64,000 nucleotides of DNA from Candidatus Latescibacterota bacterium (GTDB taxonomy: Bacteria; Krumholzibacteriota; Krumholzibacteriia; WVZY01): assembly GCA_011772205.1 (NCBI GenBank), contig WVZY01000077.1:9145-73144 (forward strand). Direction: 5' to 3'. A program made the position numbers and the translations under genes. The notes below the pieces were generated by a model, which saw only the letters and a program-made list of their open reading frames with translations, had not been told where the DNA came from and searched no databases. This document shows positions 38,955-47,632 of the stretch, piece after piece; the first letter of the stretch is position 1, and every line of letters starts with the position of its first letter.

Positions 38955-39470
38955 TTAGGTTCGTTGTTGCTTTATATTTTTTAGCTGGGATTTGATGAGG
39001 CTTTTCTGCGCGCTGGAAATGTAATCGATGCAAAGCCTGCCGTCGAGATGGTCGATTTCATGGAGCAGGATCCGACCAAAAAGGCTTGAATCCGAAACAG
39101 TGTGGATCTGGCCATCCAGGTCCTGATATCGAACCTCGACACTCTGCGGTCTCACAATGGGAGCGGAAATCCCCGGAAGACTGAGGCAGCCTTCCTCATA
39201 GGTCCAGGTTTCTTTGGAGACCCCGACGATCTCTGGATTCACTAGTGCCATCGGCGGAGCGTCGAAATCATCCAGGCCCCTCATTCGTCGAGCTACAATA
39301 AGCCGTTTGCCGACACCGACCTGAGGAGCGGCCAGGCCAATCCCGTTCTCCGTCACCATGATCTCCATCATCGCTTCGGCAAGCTCCCGAAGCCCTTCAT
39401 CGAAGTCTTCCACGGGAGAGGCGACTTCCCTGAGAACCGAATCACCGTAATATCTCAACGTCAACTTCAT
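38955..39470 (-). CDS. def: Peptide deformylase
   Basis: GIGLAAPQVG, EGCLS, HEIDHL. Confidence 0.97.
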   Translation of the reverse strand: MKLTLRYYGDSVLREVASPVEDFDEGLRELAEAMMEIMVTENGIGLAAPQVGVGKRLIVARRMRGLDDFDAPPMALVNPEIVGVSKETWTYEEGCLSLPGISAPIVRPQSVEVRYQDLDGQIHTVSDSSLFGRILLHEIDHLDGRLCIDYISSAQKSLIKSQLKNIKQQRT

Positions 39471-39563
39471 CTCGACTCACATTGATCAGCGAACTCCTAA
39501 GCAAAAACCGCCCATTGCGACGGCTTTGTATTAAAATAGGCTAGATCTTCGCCATCCGCCAGT

Positions 39564-39881
39564 TCAACCTTCGTTGCCCCTCTCAACAACGCTCGCCACA
39601 GCGCTCTTGACCATTTCGATTTTCACGTTCTCAGCGATCTTCAAAACGATGATGTGTTCTTTGACGCTGAGTACAGTGCCATAGATCCCCCCGGTTGTGA
39701 GAATCCGATCGCCTTTTCTGAGCGCCGAAATCATCTGTTGCAGCTCCCGTTGTTTTCTCTGCTGCGGACGTATCAACAGAAAATAGAAAATCACCAGCAT
39801 TCCAAGCAGCGGTATCAATAGACCTGCTGGAGATCCTCCTTCAGAACCCGACGGACCCATGGCAAATAGAATCCAGTTCAT
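39564..39881 (-). CDS. yajC: Preprotein translocase subunit YajC
   Basis: FYFLLIRPQQRK, LRKGDRILTTGGIYG. Confidence 0.95.
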   Translation of the reverse strand: MNWILFAMGPSGSEGGSPAGLLIPLLGMLVIFYFLLIRPQQRKQRELQQMISALRKGDRILTTGGIYGTVLSVKEHIIVLKIAENVKIEMVKSAVASVVERGNEG

Positions 39882-39921
39882 CTTACCCCCTTGTCGACAA
39901 GATCAAATTTCCGTCTCGATG

Positions 39922-41058
39922 CTATTCGCGTGTTTCTCCAGAAGAATAGCGCTCAACAAATCCTCTACGCCACTCGACGAAACAACCGGCAAAGATCGCA
40001 CCTCGCATTTCCTTCATCAGATCACAATAAAAACAAAGACTGTGATAAGTCGCCAGAATCGGACCCATGATCTCCCCGGCGAGGAATAAATGGCGGAGAT
40101 AGGCACGGGAGAAATTCTGGCAAGCATAACACCTGCAATCCGAATCGAGCGGCGCGAAGTCCCGCGAATAGCCGGTGTTCTTCAAAACGAGCTTTCCATC
40201 CCTCGTGAAGACCGTGCCGTTCCGCGCGTTCCGCGTTGGCAGCACGCAGTCGAACATATCGATGCCTCTTGCGACAGCTTCGATGATATCGATCGGCGTC
40301 CCTACCCCCATGAGGTAGCGGGGTTTCTCGAACGGCAGGCCTTCTGTGACACATTCAGTAATCTTCCAGGTTTGACTCTTCTCCTCCCCGACGGACAATC
40401 CACCTATGGCATATCCGGGAAATTCCAATTCGATGAGCTCATCACGCGAGCGTCTCCGCAAGTCCTCGTACACCGATCCTTGCACGATTCCGAAAAGCGC
40501 CTGCTCGTATCCATTGCAATTGAAAAGCGTCCCAAAAACGCCCGCCCCCCTCTCGGCCCATTTCGTAGTCAGCGCAACAGCTTTTTCCGCTTCGGTCCGG
40601 TCACAGGGAAACGGCGTGCAGTAATCAAAGCTCATAACGATGTCCGCTCCCAGCCTCGCCTGAGCATAGATGACCGTTTCCGGCGTAAACAAGTGGCGCG
40701 AGCCGTCGATGTGCGATTGAAACTCCACCCCATCATCCGTCACCTTCCCAAGATCGGCAAGACTGAATACCTGGAACCCTCCGCTATCCGTGAGAATCGG
40801 TTTCGTCCAAGACATAAAGCTATGCAGCCCCCCGGCGTCTTCCACGATCCCAATCCCCGGCCGCAGAAACAGGTGATAGGCATTCGCCAGTATGATCTGT
40901 GCGCCGATTTTGTCCAGAGTTTCCGGTGTCGCGGCCTTGACCGCCGCCTGCGTTCCCACCGGCATGAATGCCGGCGTGCAAACATCGCCATGATCGGTCG
41001 ATAAAATTCCCGCTCTGGCGCTTCCCTGTGATGTTTCGAGTCGAAAACCAAACGGCAT
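39922..41058 (-). CDS. tgt: Queuine tRNA-ribosyltransferase
   Basis: TPAFMPVGT, TDSGGFQVFSL, GIVQG, DMFDCVLPTRNAR, CRCYAC zinc site. Confidence 0.97.
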   Translation of the reverse strand: MPFGFRLETSQGSARAGILSTDHGDVCTPAFMPVGTQAAVKAATPETLDKIGAQIILANAYHLFLRPGIGIVEDAGGLHSFMSWTKPILTDSGGFQVFSLADLGKVTDDGVEFQSHIDGSRHLFTPETVIYAQARLGADIVMSFDYCTPFPCDRTEAEKAVALTTKWAERGAGVFGTLFNCNGYEQALFGIVQGSVYEDLRRRSRDELIELEFPGYAIGGLSVGEEKSQTWKITECVTEGLPFEKPRYLMGVGTPIDIIEAVARGIDMFDCVLPTRNARNGTVFTRDGKLVLKNTGYSRDFAPLDSDCRCYACQNFSRAYLRHLFLAGEIMGPILATYHSLCFYCDLMKEMRGAIFAGCFVEWRRGFVERYSSGETRE

Positions 41059-41145
41059 GCACCTAATTTAACAGGGAAGCCTGCTCACGTCAGTACAAAT
41101 TTAGCTCGAATTGGGCAATATGATCTGCTGCGCGCCGCCGGAATG

Positions 41146-43569
41146 CTAATTCTCCTTCTTGCGCTTTTTCGACGGCAAGAATTGGTCGAATAATTTTTTC
41201 TTGAGTTTGTCGATCTCCGGAGAAATGATCGACTCCTGGATTTTTCCGCTGATATCCGGTTTGAAGGCCACCTTTTGAAGCCTTCCCGTCATGGAAAACG
41301 GTATCTGCACCCGTCCCTGATCATCGGTCAAGAATGAAACGAAACCCGCTTCTTCGATCAGGCTTTTTGACAGGCGGGGGGACAGGATGAATGCTGCTTG
41401 TGAATCGACCGTCCAATCAAGGCCAAGTGATCCCTTTCCAAGTATCGAATAATCCTCCGTTCCCAAATGGAAGCTTGGCGCGTGGATCCTTCCCCCCTTG
41501 ATGAGGACATCGCCCTCGAATTCCCTGAACTCCGTCTTGGTCGCCGTGAACACGTGTGGGTAGGTCTTTCGGAGATGCTCGGAGACGATAGGTGCAGAGC
41601 CAAGCTCCCCGGCAATTGCATTCAGTAGTTCCTTCGCTATGTTCATGTCCAAGATGGCTCCTTGAAGGACAGCCAACACTCCCGCGCCGTCCAAGGTGCT
41701 CCGGACATCCGCCCATTTTTTGCCCTGGCCGCCGAGATGGATATCGAGGTTCACATTCCCTTGGAAGCGGCTACTGGATCTGGCCAGCGTGGAGCTCACC
41801 AGGTTCACCAGATTCAGGCCGCGAGCCTTCGTATCGAAAGAGAATTGCGGAGGTGTCTTGCGCAGATCGATGTTGCCATGCCCGCGAATAGTACCGCCCA
41901 GCCCATCCAGATTCAGGCTGTCCACGAGAACTTGCTTCCCTTTCATTGAGAACACCATGTTTCCGGCGACATCTTTGATGGGATTCCGCGCTCGAGGAAC
42001 GCGGATAGACGCTTCTTTCATCGTAACCAAGCCTCGCGCATCGGGAATCACTCCCGGTTTGAAATCCCCGCTGACATTAATTTCCGCATTTATCTTCCCA
42101 GCAGGGTCATATTTTTCGAGATTTGGAATCAATCCTCTCCACCCGGCGAGATCCATATTTCGGGCTTTTGCATCAAACGAGAGCCGCGGCGTTTCATTGC
42201 GGAGATCAATTCTGCCGTTTCCCTTGACGGTTCCGCCCATGCCAGCGACATGCAGGCTGTCTACCAATACTTGCTTATCCCCTGTGGAGAACACGAATCT
42301 CCCTTCGATGCCGCTTACCGGTCCCGCCATTTGAGGGGTTTTTATCGAGGCTCCCTTCATGGTTGCAAATCCGCGAGCGGGGGGAAGCGCGCCGGGTTTG
42401 ATCGCTCCATTCAGCTCGAGATCCACCGCTACTTTGCCTGCAACGAGATAGCGCCCGAGCGCCGGCAGCATCTCGTCCCACCCGGCGAGATCCGCCTCGT
42501 CGGAACGGAAAGAAAGGTTGACATTGGGCCGAGCACCCAGCTTCACGCCGCCTTTTCCAGAGATGCTCATGTTATTCAGCATCAAATCGGCCTGCTCGAT
42601 CTCGACGTCTCTGTCGAGCATCCGTGCTTTGCTCTCCATCCAGCAGGGCACTCCAGTTGGCTTTCGAAACCGATCACCAACCCTGATGGCGCAGTCGGTA
42701 AGATCGGCCTTGCCTGCGAACATCAAAGAGGCGAGAGAACCTTCCACATGGCCTTCAGCTTTCATCGGCCCTTCGAGCGCAAGATCTGGCGGAAGCTTGC
42801 CAGAGATCTGGTTCATCTGAGCCACGGAGGCCAGATCAATTGGGCCGAGCGCGAAATCGAAATTCACAGGAATATTCAATGCGCCCAAAGGATCACCAAT
42901 TGGGCCTGCTTGGCCTTTGATCTTCACATTTGCACGTTCGGTATCGTCATCACCGGAGAAAACCGATGCTTTCAATTCGATCGAGGCTGGCCGGTCCTCC
43001 TGGACACCTTCGATGGAGAAATCGATGTTCTCGACGTGGATTACGGACGCTGCCGCCTGGTCTTCGAACCGAAGCTTTCCCTTGGAGATGTCAGCAAATG
43101 CAACCATCAATGCGAACTGTGTCCGACCGGATGCGGCAGTCGAATCTTCATCAGGGCCGGCCGCTTCCGACCGTTGTGATCGCCCTATCGTGTCAAAGTT
43201 GAACCGGCCGTCGTTATTGCGAATGACGTTTATCTTGGGCTTTTCGAGAATGACCCGTTTGACCTGCAGTTCCTTTCGCAACAGCGGAAAAAGGGCGACT
43301 CTCACCCGAAGCTCATCCGCTTCGATGAAATTATCCATTGAAAAGTCCGGATCATCGGAGACAACAACATCTCTGACACTAATTCCAATCCCCCCGCGCA
43401 GGCTCACGCCAATTTTACCGACATCCACCTGTCTGCCCGTTACTCTCTCCGCTCGTGTAATGAAAAATTCCTTCCGCGCATCGATGATTCGTCCGAGATT
43501 CAAAAGCGCCACAATGGCTATTACGACAATTATCAATAGAATTGCCAAAACGATCAGGAGTCTGCGCAT
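41146..43569 (-). CDS. AsmA-family (RBG lipid-bridge) protein
   Basis: N-terminal TM, TGRQV, VALFPLL..ELQV...P.INVIRNNDGRFNF, C-terminal GKGSLGLD...IPFSMTG. Confidence 0.85.
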   Translation of the reverse strand: MRRLLIVLAILLIIVVIAIVALLNLGRIIDARKEFFITRAERVTGRQVDVGKIGVSLRGGIGISVRDVVVSDDPDFSMDNFIEADELRVRVALFPLLRKELQVKRVILEKPKINVIRNNDGRFNFDTIGRSQRSEAAGPDEDSTAASGRTQFALMVAFADISKGKLRFEDQAAASVIHVENIDFSIEGVQEDRPASIELKASVFSGDDDTERANVKIKGQAGPIGDPLGALNIPVNFDFALGPIDLASVAQMNQISGKLPPDLALEGPMKAEGHVEGSLASLMFAGKADLTDCAIRVGDRFRKPTGVPCWMESKARMLDRDVEIEQADLMLNNMSISGKGGVKLGARPNVNLSFRSDEADLAGWDEMLPALGRYLVAGKVAVDLELNGAIKPGALPPARGFATMKGASIKTPQMAGPVSGIEGRFVFSTGDKQVLVDSLHVAGMGGTVKGNGRIDLRNETPRLSFDAKARNMDLAGWRGLIPNLEKYDPAGKINAEINVSGDFKPGVIPDARGLVTMKEASIRVPRARNPIKDVAGNMVFSMKGKQVLVDSLNLDGLGGTIRGHGNIDLRKTPPQFSFDTKARGLNLVNLVSSTLARSSSRFQGNVNLDIHLGGQGKKWADVRSTLDGAGVLAVLQGAILDMNIAKELLNAIAGELGSAPIVSEHLRKTYPHVFTATKTEFREFEGDVLIKGGRIHAPSFHLGTEDYSILGKGSLGLDWTVDSQAAFILSPRLSKSLIEEAGFVSFLTDDQGRVQIPFSMTGRLQKVAFKPDISGKIQESIISPEIDKLKKKLFDQFLPSKKRKKEN
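41815..42493 (-). repeat. Tandem 339-bp (113-aa) intragenic duplication in the AsmA gene
   Basis: DLAGW...KPG..P.ARG..TMK.ASI...KQVLVDSL...GGT..G.G.IDLR...SFD.KAR occurs twice; CCACCCGGCGAGATCC at 42139 and 42478. Confidence 0.9.
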
Positions 43570-43616
43570 CTTGGAGCCTCCTTCGATTACAACCGGTATT
43601 TTTCTCGACGGCCTTT

Positions 43617-44660
43617 CTATCCGATCAGCATCGCGTCACCGTAGCTGTAAAAGCGATAGCCTCGGGCCACTGCTTCATTGTAGCAGGCGAGAGTCTTTTC
43701 CCTGCCGAGAAATGCGCACACGAGGAGCAGCAGCGACGACTTCGGCAGGTGAAAGTTCGTGATCAATCGATCCACCACATGAAATTCGAATCCTGGGTAA
43801 ATGAACAAATCCGTTTCGCCATCATAATCATCTTTCAGCGATACTTTGTCAAACAACCCTTCTATATGTGCCGTTTCAAGAAGCCTCGTGACGGTGGTTC
43901 CGACGGCCACGATGCGTTTGCCTTCCGCTTTTCCCTTCTTTATCTTTTGCAGCACTTTCCCGCTGATGGAAAACGCTTCGCTGTCCAGCCGATTCTGCTC
44001 GACGATCTCCCGGTCGAGGGGCAGAAAGGTGCCCGGGCCTACGTGCAGGACGAGGGACAGAACGTCAATCCCCCTCGAATGGAGCCTGTTGAGAAGCCGC
44101 GTGTCGAAATGCAATCCGGCCGTTGGCGCGGCGACAGATCCGGCTTCTTTTGCAAATATCGTCTGATAGCGCGTTCGGTCTTCCGGCTCATCGCTCCGAC
44201 GAATATAAGGAGGAAGTGGAACGTGGCCTTTCTCATCGAGAATATCATCCAGGTTCCTTTGGGCAACAACGCTCAATCGTGTTTCCCGCTCGCTCACTCT
44301 TTCTTCTACCCTCAATTCGTAACTTTGATCCTCGGGGCGGAGAATTTCTCCTATTTTCGGCTTCTTCGACGATCTCACCAAGGCTCGAAACACGTGTTTC
44401 CCCTCGCTCCGCGTAAAAAGCACTTCGACCAAGCCGCCGCTCTCGCGTCTGACGAAAAGACGCGCTGGGACCACCCGCGACCGGTTCACCACGACGATAT
44501 CATTTGAGGAAAGAAAATCGGGAAGATCGCGGAAAATGGCATGCATTCTCGTGCCGCTGAGTTTTTCCACGACCATGAGACGGCTGGAGTCTCTCTCTTC
44601 GAGGGGTTTCTGGGCTATAAAAGATTCCGGCAGATCGTAGGAAAAGTCATCCAGGCGCAT
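43617..44660 (-). CDS. queA: S-adenosylmethionine:tRNA ribosyltransferase-isomerase
   Basis: IAQKP, PLPPYI, GSVAAPTAGLHF, LHVGPGTF, TNFHLPKS, YRFYSYGDAM. Confidence 0.97.
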   Translation of the reverse strand: MRLDDFSYDLPESFIAQKPLEERDSSRLMVVEKLSGTRMHAIFRDLPDFLSSNDIVVVNRSRVVPARLFVRRESGGLVEVLFTRSEGKHVFRALVRSSKKPKIGEILRPEDQSYELRVEERVSERETRLSVVAQRNLDDILDEKGHVPLPPYIRRSDEPEDRTRYQTIFAKEAGSVAAPTAGLHFDTRLLNRLHSRGIDVLSLVLHVGPGTFLPLDREIVEQNRLDSEAFSISGKVLQKIKKGKAEGKRIVAVGTTVTRLLETAHIEGLFDKVSLKDDYDGETDLFIYPGFEFHVVDRLITNFHLPKSSLLLLVCAFLGREKTLACYNEAVARGYRFYSYGDAMLIG

Positions 44661-44666
44661 AGATAA

Positions 44667-45692
44667 TTAAAGTAGGCGTGGAGTTCCATCAGTTGAAGTG
44701 GCGGATAGGCCAAGGTGGGACAGTGCCAGCGGTGTTGCTACACGGCCCCGGGAAGTCCGCTTGATGAAGCCGCTTTGGATGAGAAATGGTTCGTACACAT
44801 CCTCGATCGTCTCGGATTCTTCAGAAACGGCAATGGCAAGCGAATTGATCCCGACCGGCCCGCCCCCGAATTTCTCGATGATCGAAACGAGGATCCGCCG
44901 ATCCATTTCATCCAGTCCCTTTTCATCGACTTTGAGTCTTCCCAGAGCGTAATCGGCTGCGCTCCGGTCTATTGAACCGGCTCCTTCGACCTGGGCAAAA
45001 TCACGCGCTCGTTTGAGAAGGCGGTTGGCCACTCTGGGGGTCCCGCGCGAGCGCCGGGCGATTTCTTCGGCTCCATCATCGCTGATCTCGATATTGAGAA
45101 GCCTGGCAGACCTGATAACGATCGATTTAAGTTCATCCGGCGTGTAGAAATCCAGTCTGAAGACCACGCCAAACCGCTCGCGCATGGGTGCGGTGATCAT
45201 GCCCGCGCGTGTGGTGGCCCCGACGAGAGTGAACGGCTCGAGATTCAGGGTGTAATGACGGGCGTTCGGCCCTTTATCTACCACGAGATCGCATTTCAAA
45301 TCATCCATCGCTTGATAGAGATGTTCTTCGAGGATGCGCGGGAGACGATGGACTTCATCTATAAAAACCACTTGTTGGCGCTCCACATGGCTCAAAACAC
45401 CGAGAAGTTCCGCCGAATTTTGGAACGCTGCACCGGACGTGACCTTGATGGGAACATCCAACTCGTTGGCGACAATGTGCGCGAGTGTGGTCTTCCCCAG
45501 CCCGGGCGGTCCGTACAGAAGAACATGGTCGAGCGGTTCCCGCCGTTCTTTGGCCGCTTGTATGAACACTCTGAGATTCGCTTTGATCTCGGTCTGGCCG
45601 ACGAATTCATCGATGCGTTTCGGCCTGAGCAAGGCCTCGCTTTTCACATCTTCCGAAGACGGCATTGGGCTGGTGATTCTCTCTCGTGTCAT
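44667..45692 (-). CDS. ruvB: Holliday junction helicase RuvB
   Basis: LRPKRIDEFVGQ, GPPGLGKTT, DEVHR, RGTPRVANRLL. Confidence 0.97.
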   Translation of the reverse strand: MTRERITSPMPSSEDVKSEALLRPKRIDEFVGQTEIKANLRVFIQAAKERREPLDHVLLYGPPGLGKTTLAHIVANELDVPIKVTSGAAFQNSAELLGVLSHVERQQVVFIDEVHRLPRILEEHLYQAMDDLKCDLVVDKGPNARHYTLNLEPFTLVGATTRAGMITAPMRERFGVVFRLDFYTPDELKSIVIRSARLLNIEISDDGAEEIARRSRGTPRVANRLLKRARDFAQVEGAGSIDRSAADYALGRLKVDEKGLDEMDRRILVSIIEKFGGGPVGINSLAIAVSEESETIEDVYEPFLIQSGFIKRTSRGRVATPLALSHLGLSATSTDGTPRLL

Positions 45693-45756
45693 TCGATCCT
45701 TTCGTTTACATCATGGGCGCACATCTGCCTCTGCTGCGCTCACCGCGGTCGAGACT

Positions 45757-46347
45757 TCACAGGCTCCCGGCATATTTCAGCGCTTCGCGGACCATTTTTT
45801 CCACATCCTGGCTGTCCTGGCTCTTCCAGTTGATCTTTTCGATCGCGCGCTCCGCGGACAAACGTGTCATACCAAGGGACGTGAGGGCAAGAATAACTTC
45901 TTCGCGCATATCATCCGAAGGCGCCGCCTCTTGGGGAGCTTCGATAAAATCCTCGAGCTTCCCACCAAGCTCCATGACCAGGCGCTCAGCCGTTTTCTTG
46001 CCAAGACCGGGCAGGCTCTTCAAAAACGCCACTTCACCTCGCTTGATCGCTGCAACGAGCCGATCACCGGTGTGAGCCCCAAACATACCGAGAGCGATTT
46101 TGGGCCCAATGCCCGACACTTCGATCAAACGAGTGAACAGCTCCCGTTCTTCGCGCCGGAGGAAACCGAAGAGGGTGAGCCGATCTTCGCGAACGTATAG
46201 AAAGGTATGAAAAGAAACATCCGGATCCCCCACGCGAAGCTCGATGGCATCTTTCTCCGGAACGTGTAGCTCATAGCCAATGCCTCCGACATCCAGAATA
46301 CAAATCGGCTCTTTGGATAACAGCTTCCCCTGGAGATGAGCGATCAT
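45757..46347 (-). CDS. ruvA: Holliday junction binding protein RuvA
   Basis: MIAHLQG, VGGIGY, VSGIGPKIAL, PGLGKKTAERL; ATGA overlap with ruvC. Confidence 0.96.
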   Translation of the reverse strand: MIAHLQGKLLSKEPICILDVGGIGYELHVPEKDAIELRVGDPDVSFHTFLYVREDRLTLFGFLRREERELFTRLIEVSGIGPKIALGMFGAHTGDRLVAAIKRGEVAFLKSLPGLGKKTAERLVMELGGKLEDFIEAPQEAAPSDDMREEVILALTSLGMTRLSAERAIEKINWKSQDSQDVEKMVREALKYAGSL

Positions 46348-46832
46348 TTTCCCTCCCATTCTCGCCGCCGAAAAGCGTGACAGATTGCCACCGCAAGCGC
46401 ATCGGATTCATCCGTGTTCGCCGGCGGTTCGCTGAGGCCAAGCAGCTTCTTCAACATGAAGCTCACCTGGGATTTGTGCGCGGCGCCGCTGCCGGTCACT
46501 GCCTGCTTCACCTCTCTGGGCGAGTATTCGTGTATGGGAACATTGGCAATGCTCGCAGCCAGGATGGCAGCCCCCCTCGCTTCTCCAAGAACGAGGGCGC
46601 TCTTGGGATTTTTGCTATAAAAAACATCTTCTATCGCAAAATGAGTCGGGGAAAAGCTCTCTACGATGCGGCTCAGATCGAGAAAAATCACCTTTATCCG
46701 TTCGTATCTGCATATGTTTCTCCCCATCGCTATCACGCCGGATGCGATGTATTCGATATTATCTTCCTCTTCTTTGATAATACCGTACCCGGTGGTGGCG
46801 CTTCCAGGATCTACGCCCAATATTGTGTACAT
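46344..46832 (-). CDS. ruvC: Crossover junction endonuclease RuvC
   Basis: ILGVDPG, AIEDVF, VTGSGAAHKSQV, DESDALAVAICH. Confidence 0.96.
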   Translation of the reverse strand: MYTILGVDPGSATTGYGIIKEEEDNIEYIASGVIAMGRNICRYERIKVIFLDLSRIVESFSPTHFAIEDVFYSKNPKSALVLGEARGAAILAASIANVPIHEYSPREVKQAVTGSGAAHKSQVSFMLKKLLGLSEPPANTDESDALAVAICHAFRRREWEGK

Positions 46833-46876
46833 GCCAAGCCACCTTGCGGTCGAGGTGTCGGGCCAGCGGTTCGCCG

Positions 46877-47620
46877 CTAGCCCTGTTGGAGTATTTCATC
46901 AGGAATATCGAAGTTGGCGCTAACACGCTGAACGTCGTCGAGCTCTTCCAGAGATTCCATTATTTTCAATACCTGTTTGGCGGGATCGCCTTCCACCTTG
47001 ATGATGGATTTCGGAATCTTCTGGATCTCCGCATTTTGATAAGGAACATGAGAATCTCTCAGTGACTTGCAGACCGCTTCGAAATTGGACTGTGAGGTCA
47101 TGACCTGAAAGCCGTCTTCATCTTCCTTTACATCTTCAGCGCCCGCCTCGATTGCCACTTCGAAAAGCGTTTCTTCATCGACTTGTTTCCTGCTCACCCA
47201 AACGACGCCTTTGGTCTCGAAAAGCCAGGCGACGCAACCACTCTCTCCGAGGTTGCCATTATGCTTCGACAGGACGTGTCTCACCTCGGATGTGGTGCGG
47301 TTCTTGTTGTCCGTGAGGGTTTCTATGAGCAACGCCACCCCTTTGGGTCCATATCCTTCATAGGTGATTTCCTCGAAATGCACGCCTTCGATCTCGCCCG
47401 TTCCTTTCTTTATCGCCCGCTGAATGTTATCCTGCGGCATGTTGTTGTCCTTGGCCGTTTGAATCGCCAACCGCAATCTCGCATTCGCCATGGGATCCCC
47501 ACCACCCTGCCTCGCCGCCACAGTGATCTCACGGATCAAGCGAGTGAAGAGCTTTCCTCGTGCGATGTCCGTTTTTTGCTTTTTGCGTTTGATCTGGGCC
47601 CACTTGGAATGGCCCGCCAT
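46877..47620 (-). CDS. yebC: YebC/PmpR-family protein
   Basis: MAGHSKWAQIKRKK, YEGYGP, TDNKNRT, DDVQRV. Confidence 0.96.
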   Translation of the reverse strand: MAGHSKWAQIKRKKQKTDIARGKLFTRLIREITVAARQGGGDPMANARLRLAIQTAKDNNMPQDNIQRAIKKGTGEIEGVHFEEITYEGYGPKGVALLIETLTDNKNRTTSEVRHVLSKHNGNLGESGCVAWLFETKGVVWVSRKQVDEETLFEVAIEAGAEDVKEDEDGFQVMTSQSNFEAVCKSLRDSHVPYQNAEIQKIPKSIIKVEGDPAKQVLKIMESLEELDDVQRVSANFDIPDEILQQG

Positions 47621-47632
47621 GACTATGACTCC

